Shown: positions 13,901-27,511, counted from the stretch's first letter. The stretch is DNA of 64,000 nt from Raillietiella orientalis (GCA_036172245.1 JAYWIR010000003.1:5518001-5582000), one strand, 5' to 3'. Numbers and translations are program-made. The notes: generated from the letters alone by a model not told the origin.

Positions 13901-14409
13901 GATCACACAGTTTCAAATCTATAATAAGGAACCCTTCATCGTGCATTATATTTTATATTTGTAGCTTTTCTCGATGCCATGCTCTTTGAAATGTTTATCT
14001 ATAGGTAAGGGCATAACGTTCCCTTTTGTTTGAACTTCTCTGAATGTTTTTTGGATTTCCTGGCCATGTGTTGTCCTGATTCAGCACCATGGTTTTCTGT
14101 GACATTTTTGCTTACCGTACAGTGAGCCTTCTTTATGTCGAGCATTCAAATACATTCTTCGTTTGTATTCCTTTTGCCATACTCTTAGCAATTAGCCTTC
14201 CATGCGATGCCATTGCTTCAGGCGTGTTTAAATTGGAGTCAGTCGTATTGATCTTTTATTGAATGCGGACAAATACTTATTGACATCGTACTTAAATGGC
14301 ATCAATAAACTTTTGAAAAAAAAAAAGAAAACAGCGCATGATGGCGGTAGTGAAGGCTCGTAAACTGAATGATCTTTAGTTTCCAATTCTCTACTACGAG
14401 ATGAAGAAA

Positions 14410-15110
14410 TTCGAAGTAGTCAGCACTAATTTCTAACAGGATCAGTAATGTATCTGAATGCCTCAACCATGCCTTACTTTTCGCGTCGACGAGTCGTGAA
14501 GTAAATTCTTCTTGGTCCTGCTTACGCGTCATTCTAAGCCCAAGGGCCTTCCTAGACACCAAAGCAAAACTAGCTGAAGACAATTCCCAATTTAGAGCGA
14601 ATTCCTTAAAAGGGACATTCGCATTTTCTTTTTTTTTTTTTTCGCTTTGTTAACTTCTGTCCACCATCACCTTGGAAATTAGCGAGAAACCTGCACATTA
14701 GAAGTGGCTTTTCCTGTGTCGAAATGATGAGCCTTCTTTTGCCCTTGTGCTGCCTTGCATTTTCGTTTAGACATCAGCGCAACCATTGTAAGGTGCTTCG
14801 TAGATTTTTGACAATAAGTACTTCATTACAGAGTCCATAAACAAGTTTCTCCGTATCCACCAATACGATCTAGAGAAGGCTTTTATCGAAAAATGCTCAG
14901 CCAGAGCTTCATGACTTGCAGAGTGATGAAACAGACTTGCCAACTTTAAGCATACGGAGAAGAATTCCCTAGCCGACAAAATGTATAAAAGTTATTCTAT
15001 CAGAAGACGAGCAATGGACTGATAAGGACGTATCAACATCTAAGTTTTCATCAATAAACAGTAGCATCTAAGGCATTGGCCACAACCGCAGGGAACTCGG
15101 AGGATTTTAA
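14410..15110 (+). pseudogene. Decayed narnavirus-like RdRp relic
   Basis: VSTNF (A-like, 14419), ILLGP (14505), KYFI, AFIE (E-like, 14879), and GI...RELGG (15090), which matches the narna-type LPRELGGxG motif. Confidence 0.5.
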
Positions 15111-15942
15111 CTTATGAAAGTTTGGATGCGGCACTGAGGCATATTGATGTTTCAATGAAAATCTTAAGTAATTGCAATGTAAACGGCTCTGCATTGAGAA
15201 CTACGCTATGTTAAGAAACAATCTGCAGCTGTCTGTAGTTAGTAGTCGTAGGTTTTGTCTGTTTGGTATTATGAAGGAATCGAATTTGGTGTTTTTAAAG
15301 GTTGAATATTCCTATGTTCAGAATCATTGGTTAGCGATTGATTTGACGGTTAGGGAGGGTGAATAGTTGTTGTCTATGAGGTAAAGGATGTGTAGGGAGC
15401 GGAATATGATTGATAAAAGGATGAAGAGGAACTCGGAAACGAGGAACGAGAAACTTGTGCTGGCTGAATGATCTGCATCACTCCTAAATAAAATGAAAAC
15501 CTATCCACAAACGCATCTCCATCTCATTACATATCATATGAGAAAATCCCTTCTAGTCTCAGTCGTAGTCCGCTGAAGTGCATTTTCGATATCAATCGAG
15601 AACTCTCAGTATCGGAGAAATACCAATGTTGCCTCCAGGTCCGATAAGCGGTGGGGTGAATTTATTAAAAACAAACTCTAAAAACAATCAACACACAGTC
15701 AGATGAGTCTTTCAGCAATTCACACAGTTCACTACTGCAAAGATTCTCACTTACTACTATCACTTCACATTCATCTCACTTGCTACTTTCAGTTTCAGGG
15801 AAGGGGAGGGGGAGGGGGAATCGTTCCTTAGTGCCTGGCCGTATGCATCCATATTCAGTAGGATGTAACGGTACGTCCAAGCTAGGATCCTACCGCAGTT
15901 CCTGATCCCTATCTCTTTCACGACAAGGCCTCTGAAAATGTC

Positions 15943-18900
15943 CTATGCCGTCACTTGACGTCGTAAGGTGTACATCTTTGCCCTCGTAATCACAATGGCT
16001 GTGATACAGAGGGCTAGCGCGGTCATCACATCGGGTTGTACAGAGGAACAACTCCCATCTCCTGAAATAAACCTGAGAATATTTCCTTGCTCGTCTGTCT
16101 CTGTAGGCAGGTCACCTCCTTCACCGCGCTCCAATCGGGTCGCAGTGTGGGGCAGGTAAATACGGGAAGTTGGTTTTCGTCTGCATCACACACCTCGCAG
16201 AGTCGTCCTGAGTGTTCCCTGTCCAGTGCCGAAGTCTGGAGTCACTTAGTATGCCTCCGTTGTAAAACAACAGGAGGTCATCCTGAGTGTCCGGGGGAAG
16301 GTCTCTCTTCATCAGTGCAGCCCCTACGGCCAGCACACTAGCGTGAGCAGATCCGTAGCGGCTCGAGGCTGCATCGAGGGCATCGAGATCTTGTTGTAGC
16401 TTTCCGATTCTGCTTTGATGTTCGCTTTGTTCATCAGCAGCCACGCCTGATGTGGCATTTGTTTCCAAAGCTCCTGCGTGCAATGGGTAAAAGATCCTCG
16501 TATTTCCATGGTCAAGTAATACAGACGCACATAGTGCTGGTTGGCACGCAACGTGCTATGTTTGGTCGTAGCCTTTGGTGTAACCAGTTCACAGTCTCCC
16601 TTGGGACCGGGATAAAGTGAAGTATCACCATGGCCAGCTCTTTATCCCAAATTTCGCTATTCCTAGGCACGATTTCGAATTGGTGAGTTCCCAACAGTGC
16701 ATGTTTCCAACGCCAGGTGGGGCCGATGTGTACCTATTTTCCAGGGGAACCTATGAGCGCAGACATCAGGCCCCTCAAGCTGTTTAGCAGCTTCGAGTAC
16801 GCCCGGTGTGCTGCACAAGGCCAGTCTCCCCAGTTCATGGTGAGGTCCAGGAGTTGCCGCGCATTCATAGTCTCTACGGAGTGTTCCAGCAGCTTCATCC
16901 CGGTCCCTCCATTCTCACGAGGATGGCACAGCAATTTCAGCCTAACCCTCGGCCTATATTCGCGCCACGGCATCTTCCATTGTAAGGTTTCAATTTCCAT
17001 CTATGTCTTCTTGTCTTTTCGGCAGAAAACCGCTCCGTACAGCACCTTGGGAAGGAGAACGCTATTCCGCAAGGTGGCCCTCTGCTTCATGTTGAAGTCG
17101 ACAAGGATGTACTTGGTGTCTTCATGGTGGATCTTTCCCAGGATTTCCTTCAACAAGCGACACGACGCAGTCTCGTCGCCAAGGTGGATACCTAGGTATT
17201 TGACATTTTCTGCCACTAGGAACCCCGCATCTTGCAGAGTGGAGAGGTCTATGATTCCATTAGGTAACAGGTGACTTTTCGGGCGTTGATCTTCAAGCCC
17301 AATCCTTTCGTAATTTGTTCGATTACACCTAGGAATGCCCGTTGATCTCTCTCATCCTTAAAAAAGAACAGGAGATCGCCGCGTATGCCAGGTGAGTTAA
17401 TCGCTGGTCATCTACAATTATGCCTTGTAGACGGCTGCCTAGCTCGAGGAGCGCTGACACTGCCTCCATGTATAGCACGAACAGCATCGAGCTGTGGAGG
17501 TCGCCTTGGCGAACTCCCCTCTCCATCCGAATTGCTGCCGTCTCCAATCCATTGATGTAAATCATGACGTGTTGTTCCGCGAGTATTCTTTCCACATATT
17601 GTAGGAAGTATCTTGGGAAGCTCAGTTTCCACAAGATCTTGAAAAGCATCTTATGGTCCACAGTGTCAAAGGCCTTTTCCATATCAGTGATGCCCAGCAT
17701 TAGGTCCTCGTCTACGTATCGGCAATGCTCGATGGTGACCTGAGCACACTTCAAATTCGCTGACGTGCATTCTCCGGGCACCGCACATGTCTGCGTAGGA
17801 GAAACAATCGTCATGCACAAGCGACTGACCCAGATCTTGGCCAGCTACTTGGCATTCTTATCAAGTGGAAGTGCCGGCAGATCCAGCGAGAATGATTCTG
17901 AAAATGTAAAAAGAATTAATTCAATAAACAAAAAGATGTGCCGCCATTGGGTGACTTCAAACAGGTCGCCTCCCTTCGGCAGCAGATTCATCCTTCCTTC
18001 GTGGAACGATGGAAGGAGCCCTCCTTCTTGAATTGCGAGCATTAGCTCGTGAAACAGGCGAAGATGGGCATGCAGGTGACGCTGATAGTGCGTGATAGGA
18101 ACACTGTCTGGCCGCCGCATCCTTGAGCAGTCCTGCAAACGCATTCTTGACCTTCCTCAGTAGAGATCGGTTCTTCAAGTTTCTCATGGTGTTACCGTTT
18201 CACTCGTGGGTGCAGGTATCGTAGAATGTTCACTTGTTCCGTCGGGCACGCATCTCGTCGGTGAAAGTGCGAGGCGTAATGTTGATGGAAGGTCTTTACA
18301 ATTCCTTCCGATGTGTGCCGGACTTGATCTTCGTGACGGATGGAGAAGACATCTAACTTCCCCTCTGACGCTCGTGAAGACGTGCCAGCTTTCGTACTGT
18401 TGCCAGTACTTCGAGAGCGAGCGATCCTGGATGTTAAGATCGGGGTACGCTTCCGCTCTAATCTTCCTGTCGAAGAACTGCAGGTTGCTAAATAGATGGA
18501 CAGCCCGCTTCAACCTGTACCAGTCTGCGACTCTGCGAACGGTGGTAGAATCACTTCGATGAGCTCCTGGTGACAGGGATGCGTTTCAAACCAGGCGGGC
18601 ATGCAGACAAGTGCAGCCCTCGCTCCTCGGGGTGGTCCAAGAACAAAGATGGAATGTCCCGGAATCTCTTCACACGATTTGCGATGTCCTGGCTGTACAG
18701 GAAGTGATCTATCGGCTTGCTGCCCGCCGTGAGCTATTGCAGGTCGGATTGGTTGGACAGCTGCCGATATGCCATTCTTCCCCGGGCGTCTTTAGACTGG
18801 GTGATGACGTCCAGCAGATTGAGGTCGCCCACGATGACTAAGATCCTTTGCCGAGGTCTTGCTTCGCAGCACAGCCTGTGCGACTTCTGCGCAGCGATGT

Positions 18901-19267
18901 TTGCCTCGGTGGGGCCCGTACACGTTCACCAGAAACAGGTGCACGTGTCCGGACCAGGCCAGAAGAATTCCGACGATGGGTCCGGGCCACGGAGAGGCAT
19001 CCAGAATGGTGTGCGTGATCTTGGTTTTCACCGAATTGCAACACCTTTGGTCCTCTTTTGACCCGCGCTTAGGAACAATTGAGCATCCAGTCGTCTTTCG
19101 AGTTCTAGGATAGTCTGGTGTTCGAGATGGTGGGTTTCCTGAAGGCAGACGATATGGTCACGCTCGATTGTCCGCGTGACCAGACGTCGTTTGTCCTGGT
19201 TCCACAACCCGTTCACGTTCCAGGAGCCGATCTTGATACTCCTAGCCGTCGACAAAAAGGTGACCAT
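15943..19267 (-). pseudogene. LINE ORF2 (AP endonuclease, reverse transcriptase, C-terminal zinc knuckle), multiply frameshifted
   Basis: IGSWNVNGL, VCLQETH, GVAI, LVNVYGP, LLPKGGD..WRHI, DMEKAFDTV, RGVRQGD, YA(D)D broken by a 1-nt deletion (about 17380), VKYLGI, HPRENGG, CEVC...VFTCP...W (about 16200-16130). Confidence 0.92.
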
Positions 19268-19273
19268 CGGGGT

Positions 19274-19568
19274 CTAGTTGGAGAATCTGCTTTTCTTCTT
19301 TAGTTTCCGTCTCTTGGGGGACAATGTCGTCCTCCTCTTTTCTGCACGTGGATCACCCATATCGCTCTCCGACTCACCATAGTCGGTGCTATCAGCGACT
19401 GGGTGTATGCTGTACTTGGAGGCGCTTGGCAGGCTTGCAACTCCGTGGGCGCCATGCTGGTGTATTGCTTCTTGAGCTCAAGAATCCTGCCCTCCAGCGC
19501 GAAACGTTGCTCATCGTTGGGAATGCTCTCGCTGATGGAGTTCTCCACCCGGCAGTTGCGTTCGAGTG
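19274..19568 (-). pseudogene. C-terminal fragment of LINE ORF1
   Basis: Basic tail ...SPKRRKLKKKSRFSN* ends at TAG 19274-19276, 6 nt before the ORF2 ATG. Confidence 0.6.
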
Positions 19569-21321
19569 CCAATGTTAGTTATAAAGAGCTCTATTCGGGA
19601 AGAATGAAAGCGACTTCCACATTAAAACTTCTACCTAAAGTCGTACTTTTCCATACCCTTCAGGAGAAAAATGGGGGACATCTCACTTGATTGAAACCTT
19701 TCAATCATTTCAAAAATGATTCTAAATAATCGACACCTCAATAATATGTTGAATAACTTGAAAAATTATGGCTTTGAAGGCAGATTTACTTAAGGTTTTA
19801 CCTCATTAGCCCCATAAATGTCTCTTAGTAAAATTGAGCCTACCTCTAAAGTTTAAAATTTAGTGCAGAGATTAAGCAGATTGTTTCGCCACGTCTATAT
19901 AATATTCAAGAAATTCATAATCCTAAAATGCAAAACCCCATTCCAGGATATTCTCAAGGTTTTCGCTTCAAATCATGTACGCTATGTACGCTAATTTCAT
20001 CGAAAAGGCTGATGTCCACTTTTCCAAAACCAAAAGGCTCAATAATTTCAGTTTGCAAGACACACTTAAAATCACGAAAAGTCACATACTTATAGAAATG
20101 TTTCATTTCCAATGTGGTCCACACCTGACCACATCCGACTGCAAAAAATTGTTTCTTCTATTACAACCAGAAACGAACTTTCCAAGAAAATGCAATCCGT
20201 ACTTTCTTTCATCTGCGTCATTTATGCACTTTAAAACTTCGTAGTTTGTATTACGCGTTACATCTTCATTAGTACATTATTCAGCTCTTAGGAGGGGAAC
20301 TGTAAACGAAACTATACAATAGCCCTTATTTACATCAAAATGCAGCACATGTGGCACAGATGAAGAGAAGCTCTTGTTCACGTGGGTTGAATTTGATTTC
20401 AACTTGTTTAAGCATTCAACTTGCACACTGTGTTGGACCTCATTCCCAGATCTGCATGCCTCAAGAGCTTCTGTCGAACTTGGTTTAGACTTTTTTCAAT
20501 TGCGATATGAACCAATGTTTAAATTCCTAAATCTCAGAAACTTTTTTTGCATCACTTTGCGTCAGACCTGTCCACAAAAAGTACGCCTTTTACTTTAGCA
20601 TATTCTTTTATTGTATACACCTTTCCCATAGCATTTAGTTTGGAATATTCTTTTTTTATATACCGGCACAAATATTCCAGTGGACGTATATCATTTAAAA
20701 GGAATATCGAAACAAAAGCAAAATTGATACAAAGAAATTGCTGGCGGGGGAAGCAATATACTATAAACCATATACCTTAACATATTGTCTTACAATGTAA
20801 TAATCAGCTTTTCAAATAAAATGTACTGTTGATTGAAACCTGGACTGTACTCAGTACGCAAAATATTGGAATCGCAAACACGCGATTCAATGCGTGTAAT
20901 TTGATCAAGTATTCCTTGGAACAGAACTAATACTGTGACCAAGTCACTCTTTCTTCTATTACATTTATTTGCCCAAAATCAACAAAATGAAATCAAATGT
21001 CAAACTTACATTTCCTTACCAAATGGTTAATACATCATTCATCAAATCAATCAAACCTACTTCATGACAATCTACATTCACTTGTGGATAATTATTTTAC
21101 ATTCTTTTTCTAAAGAAATCGTTATACAAATAATGAATGCATAGGTGCATACTTCATTGACATAAATGTTAAATATTCTCTAGATGGACTTTAATGTTTA
21201 ATATCATCATTTGAATGCCAGTCCTTTCTACTGAATACTTTATTTGATTGAATGCTTTATCTCCATTAAGTCATACCTTATCTTAAACCAAGCATTTCAG
21301 AATTGGCTGTAACTAGATTTG

Positions 21322-24148
21322 CTAATGATTTGGAGGATAGTTGTATGGCAGCTGTTGAGAAGGCATAGCTGGGTATCCAGGATAGGTCCCAGTTGTACCA
21401 TAGTAAGCTGAAAACAAGAAGAGTCAATGCTAGAATTCTGTACAAAAGAACTACCTGGTGATGGACCTCTGGATGGATATGTCAAATAGGGATCATACCC
21501 TGGTACTGTAGGATAAGAATATGGCTGGTAAGGCATAGGGATACGTTCTACAGGATACAGTGGGTAAGGCAAGTTGGAATAAACAGGATTAGAATAGCTT
21601 GCTGCTTTCTCTTGTGGTTGAATATTAGGCAACGGAGGCTGAGGCATCCCTGGCACAGCTAATGGTACACCAGGAAGAGAATATTGTAATGATGCAGGTT
21701 GTGTGGGTTTATCTGGCAGATCTAAACCAACATGTGAAGAATTAAACACTGAAATGCATCATTACTCATTGTTCCTTCCTTAGCAAGATTTTGTGTCAAG
21801 TCTCTAAGACGTTCCTCTTTCTCTGTTTTTCGGGCAAAGCAGAAGTCATTTAGTTTGTTTTGGAAATTGCTTAGCAGCTGAGTTAGCTCTGAATAGAATG
21901 ATATCCCCTCATTGATGTTGTTATGGATTTCCATGTAAGCATCATATGCTGTTGCCAATTGTTTTAACAAACTTTCACGCCTATCAGCATCAGGACAGAT
22001 TCCACTTTGTTGTTGAAATTCAGCATGAGCAGCACGTATTTCATCTAAGATCCGTTCTTGTTCATCCAAACTGGCTTTTGCACGCTGCTGCAAGGGTTCA
22101 TACGCTTGTGTCAAAGTTTCCTGAAAAGAATCCTGCTTGCTTGCATCCTCCTCTGATAAAGCTTTCAAAAAAGCAGTACGCATATCTGTGGTAGGAGCCT
22201 TAAATTCAGCTATAAGCTGCTCACGTAAGCTACACAGTTGTTCCACCCTGTTTAGAGCATCCCAAAGCTTCTTAGTAGCTGGTATATCATTTACGGAAAC
22301 AGATGTTTCAGAAGGCAGCTGATGTGATGGTTGACATAAAAGTTCAATAGCTGTACTATTTTTCATTAGCTTGTCTTGAATAACTTGATTGGAGCACTCC
22401 GCATTTTTTAAAACTAATTTGTACTTGGCAATATTGTTTCTCAAAGGTTCAGCCACCTGAGATGATGGTGTGCAAGTCCAGCAAGTACCAAACTGTGTTC
22501 TCATTGCATTGTCTGCTTGTTCTTCTTCCTTTAACATCTTTTCACATTCTTTCAGAATCATTTCATTCATCTGATGAGAAGACTGCAGATTCTGCAGCTG
22601 CTCTTTTAAAGAACTTGCACCTCCCATTTCCCTGACAGTATTTGCCTTCTTCTGCAAGGATTGAGGCAATTTGCTTCCAGAAGTCTCTTCTAAAGCAGCA
22701 GGAAGATTGAGGGAAGCCAGTATCCTATTAAACCTTTAGCACTACAGCCTCCAAATACTCTATTCTTACGTGTTCAGCAATTGGGTGGCTTCCTGGAGCT
22801 GGATTACTTCATTATTCACAAGGTGTGTCCGCTGTTCATTGTAGTTATTAAGAGTCATTTGTACAGCAAGTGGTATGAGTTTTTCCAGCAAATCTATCAA
22901 TTAATCAGACCAGTCAGATATTGGTTTCTTTTGCTCACCAACAAAGTTAGAACTAAGACGTGCTGGAAGAGGGGAAATTTTTGCCAACTGAGCTTTGCCA
23001 ATTGGTTCCAGAGATGTGACTGGTGGCAATCTCTCATGATAAATGAGTGAGTTATCTTTCTCCATCTGCATTAATTGCTGCTGACTCTGACTGCATAATT
23101 CTTGAAATCCTTCATGCTGAGATAATCTCCCCAGGGCAGAGCGCAATTTGTCAAGTGCAATTTGCAAACGAACAATCTGCTCCCCCACACTTTGCAAACC
23201 ACATGCTAATGCCTGGTAATACTCTGCAGCACCAGCATAACCAATTTGTTTGGCCATAACTCCATTCACCCATTCACGATCCCATAAATAGCGTACAGTA
23301 TCTTTTTGAAGCAAATGACTTGCTTCCTGGAATAAATCAGCACACTGGTTGGAAAGCTTTGCCAGAATGGCATCCTTCTTCTTATCTAAAGCAACAGGAT
23401 CAGCATGGACAATGATGTTTACTACCTTTTATAGCCTTTATAACAAAAACTTCTTGAGCCTGAGCCAACATTAAAGAAACAAGAGCAGATAATGCATCAG
23501 TGCTCAAGTCAGGTGTAGTCTCTTGCTGTAAAACTGTAGGCAAAGTGGACCGTAAGTGGCTTAAAATACTTGCAGATGACTGGAAGGCAATCATTAAAGA
23601 ACAGAAAATAATAGTCACCTGAAAATGCTTGGCAGCCATTTTAAGTTCCTCATCAGTCTCCAGCCGTTGCAAAACTGCCAACTGACTTTGAAGAGCTGCT
23701 ATGTTAAACAGTACACAAGCTTTCTCAAAAGCTAGAGATGGAATTGCTGTTTCATAATTTTAAAAAAAATCTGATATAAATCAGTGTGCCTACTTATACT
23801 AGTACGTCCTCCAAACAAAGATCCTTTATCAAATGCATCTTTCCATTTGAAAGGTATCTGGATATCAAAGCTAGGAATTTTGGCTTCCAGGCACACCAAC
23901 TGGTCATGATACCTACATACAGCATGGAAAAATACTGTATACATTACATACTTATTTAAAAGTTCTAAGAGATCTTCTTGTTTATCCTGTGGCTTTCCCA
24001 CTGCCTTTGAGCGCAACTTGTTGAAAGTGGAAAGACTTTTTTCAAGATCATCTGGACGGTCACTGGGGCTAAATGCTATGCAGATTGCATTAAGAAGGGG
24101 CTTAACTAAATCTACATCGCTGGATTTCTTCAAGGGAATAGCATACAT
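21322..24148 (-). CDS. PDCD6IP: ALIX / programmed cell death 6-interacting protein (Bro1 + V domain + Pro/Tyr-rich tail), about 826 aa, 9 coding exons
   Basis: Motifs PLKKSSDVDLVKPL, FKWKDAFDKGSLFGG, FEKACVLFNIAAL, MLAQAQE, KDNSLIYHE, LASLNLPAALE, FCFARKTEKEE. GT-AG introns at 23913-23951, 23747-23793, 23580-23618, 23386-23425, 22894-22938, 22725-22769, 21722-21765 and 21408-21454. Spliced length is 2481 nt = 827 codons in one frame. An upstream exon is possible (CAG just before GAA ATG). Confidence 0.95.
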
Positions 24149-25189
24149 TTCCTGCTTATATTCTAGTCTTATCTATGTAACGAAAGAACTAATAATATAA
24201 CAGTTAATCAATTAGAAATGTGCATAAAGAAAGCACAAAGGTACATTCAACAATTGAGAGTCTGGTTTCACAAAAACAATTTTGAAATTATTTCTCAAAC
24301 ACTCGAGTTTATCAAGCATCCCGCTTATTTATGGTATGCACACATTTTACACAGAAACACTGGTGCATAAAACATGTCATACGTACAATTGAATTCCAAA
24401 ATATCTAATATCAAAGTGCTTCATTTCATGTATTTCATTTCATGTTTGTGGTCTTTTCACTGACCGCTTCCATAAGTTATCAAAACATGATTACTCTATG
24501 GGCGGAGTGAAACTTAATCGTTACATCTCACACTCACAATTTTGGGCAAAAACCAGTTTGCATTGTAGAATTTCTGATATGCAAAAATTAGACTAAAACA
24601 AAACAAATGTTTATTTACTTTGTTTCATTAATAAGGAATATAGGGATAAATCATGGTAGAATATTGAATACTTAATTATATTAGGCATTTTCCTATCTTA
24701 CGAAACTCGAAAGTTTTTTACTTTCAGATTGCTACCACCTTTATATTTGCATATCAGAAAGTCTACAATACAAACTGGTCTGATTTAGATTTGGGGGGGG
24801 GGGGGAGAACTTAAAGGCACAGCAATGATTACACCATTACTTGGTGAATCAAGCCGATTTTCAGATAATGTAACTGTCTTACTATTATTGGCATTACAGG
24901 TCATCTATTACTTAAAAAATTGATTACCGAAATGAACATGCGTATGCACAATTACCTTATCACCTATAATGCAATAATGTCGTAAGGAAACAGCACTCTA
25001 AATACAAAATGTCAAAAATGCCCGAGCATCGAAGGCAACAGATATTAGTCGATGTAAATCTTGGGCTCATTCATCTGTCGACCTCGACTTGAAAAATAAA
25101 TACTTTACTATTTAAAAAGGATGGAAGTACGATTTTCAGAAAAAGCTATACATGGAAATGAAGAAATCAATCATACAACATCAGAGCTT

Positions 25190-25950
25190 AGCAGGCACAA
25201 AAGGCTCAAGGGTGGAAAACCGTCTACACTTAAAAACACTATCCGATCCTTCTTTCGTACAAGATAATAAAGTGAGGTTACCAAGAGCTGTGTTTAAAAA
25301 TAAATATGCTGATAAATATAATAAACATGCTGCTTCACCACCATTAAATTTTCGCATTTTGAAAAACTACTTGTTTTTTTTCAAGTGTCGTGTAATCAAG
25401 CTAATTACATTTTTGTAGAATTCACTTATATATGAAACATTTCGTAATCATCTATCCGGTTTTTCATCCCATATTTGCCATTTAAAGGGAACGAAAGATT
25501 TGTGTCATCAGTTAACGATACTTTATTTCGAACTTGAAAAGCTTGAATCACTTCGTAATTGAGCCTGGGCTTGAAAAATGAAATGAAAAAACCCGAAAAG
25601 TGTGCATTTGGGTTTTGAATCTCGTGGCAATCATAAGGTGTATTTCATTAGTTGATGGCTAATAGTGAACTAATGGAATATTCTTGGGGCTGCAAAGTCT
25701 TGAGAACAAAAGGCTATAATGCTGCATGTGTATCTGAATAATTTGTTCTATTTCCAACACTCACTAGTCCACGAGAACAGCCCCGAAATTGGCTCAATAA
25801 TCTATTATTCCACGGGGGAGTAACAGTCCCCAACGAAGAATTAGAATTGAATACGTACCAATATTCATTGCTTCATTTGAATAGTTCGAGTTAAACTCTG
25901 AAACTAGTCCATCATTGGAATAAGGTAATAAACATTGTAACATGCATAGC
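25190..25950 (+). pseudogene. Decayed narnavirus-like RdRp relic
   Basis: QDNKVRLP (F, 25260), TNGIFLGLQS (B, 25669), STGE*Q (C-like, 25812), in order and with plausible spacing. Confidence 0.5.
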
Positions 25951-26499
25951 ATTTCAAATAACTGATATACAATGAATGTAGATGCATGAAAGGAAGACCT
26001 TGAAATCCTTAATTTATTGGAAAAAAATACACAGAACTTATCGTTTTCAAGGTAACTGCATCAAAAGAAATCGGTAAAGTCAGAGTGTGATTTTCCGAAT
26101 TCAAACAGACAGGAACACAATCCTTGACTTGTAATCGAGCTAAGAGACACACACGTCACAACATAAGTAAAAGTAAATTTACTGAAGTCACCTTAGCACA
26201 CACAAGTAAATTTAGAAGTCACAAATTTAAATAATATGCGGGATAGCTTTAAAAAGGAAATCTTCGAAAACACAAACCCCAGTGGAATTCTAATCTCTAC
26301 CTTGGCCAAGATATTTTCCTTCATCACCCGAAATAGTGGTAATATTGCAACGGAATCCCACAAATGGCTTATTGAAGACGGCGTTCTTGGCAAGGAAAAT
26401 CCGAAATTTTGAGGCAGCTTGGACAAGCCGGATTAACTGAATCTTCGGTTTTCATTTCGGTGGAGGAAGGATTTTTGCAAGGCAACTATTTGCGGAAGA

Positions 26500-26920
26500 A
26501 TTGGCAGAGAAGGTTTCCACATCACTTCCATGATGAAAGTAGATGCTGAAATTGGACTCTTTCAGGTTACGCTTACTGCACTTCTAGTACCAAGTTTCCG
26601 TCAGCTGAAAGATAAGCAGCCAGCTGGTGATGTCAAGGCTATTTTGATTCTCACAATGAAATAAGCTGGCAATCTAGGCAAGTATGATTAGAACCAGAGT
26701 AGTGTGCACTTGCTTAAATAAGATTATGTCCCCTTCGAAGGATATAGCATTTCGCAGGCCAAGCAATTTCATTAAGTCCACGTGCATCAACCTTTTATGT
26801 AGCCGCAACTCGAATACTTACGCAAATTGTCGCGACACTCAGAGGAATTGGAGTTTTCCAGAATTACTCCGTAATTGTTCATCTTCCTTGGGTGTGCCTA
26901 CTACCCTAGTCATAAAATCA
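26500..26920 (+). pseudogene. Decayed narnavirus-like RdRp relic (3' half)
   Basis: AGDVKA (C-like, 26626), MSPSKD (D-like, 26729), LGVP (about 26888). Confidence 0.35.
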
Positions 26921-27458
26921 CACTTCACCAGGATCCCTGATAGAGTATGATTATCACTGCCCTAGTACTGCTGGAGACGACAGTCTCTTACCTTCTTTCC
27001 GAATGTCTTTCTCATCCTGGGCATGAAGATCGGCTGCCAATGAGACCGATAACATTTTGTTCCTGGCTTCCGAATTCTTGGATGACCACAAGTCTTTCAG
27101 AAAACTGGCTCTACGTGAATACGTCATGCATTTATTCAAAAGAAAAGACAGCTTTCTCGTTCTTTTATTTTGTCGGACTCTACAAAATGCACAAAATTTG
27201 AAGATGGTGGCTCATGTCAAATGGCAGTGGGGGCTTTCATGAACATTTCTTCACTGCTACCTGCGATGCTGTGCGTGATCCTTCGCAAACATCCACGATC
27301 CTTGGACCAGGGTAAGTGCTGGAGATAAATAAGGTGATAGACAGTGATAGACATTTCAAACCAAGTCGAATACCAGCTCCAGAGTTCAGTTCACTGCATG
27401 ATACATGTGACTGCTATAGAATGACGGACAAAAACTTCATGTGAAGAATATACCTGCC

Positions 27459-27476
27459 ATAATAATAATAATAATA

Positions 27477-27511
<35 letters not shown>

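Larger units (their letters stand above)
15631..19568 (-). mobile_element. 5'-truncated, decayed non-LTR retrotransposon (L1/Tx1-like LINE)
   Basis: ORF1 tail plus APE-RT-CCHC ORF2 remnants. 3' UTR with AATAAA (plus-strand tttatt 15661-15666). GC-rich relative to its flanks. Candidate 8-bp TSD CCAATGTT at 15623-15630 and 19569-19576. Confidence 0.9.

Noticed and set aside
15610..15660. U2 snRNA-like target at the LINE 3' end
   Set aside because: Only a loose resemblance over a few bases, with no U2 5' region or Sm site.
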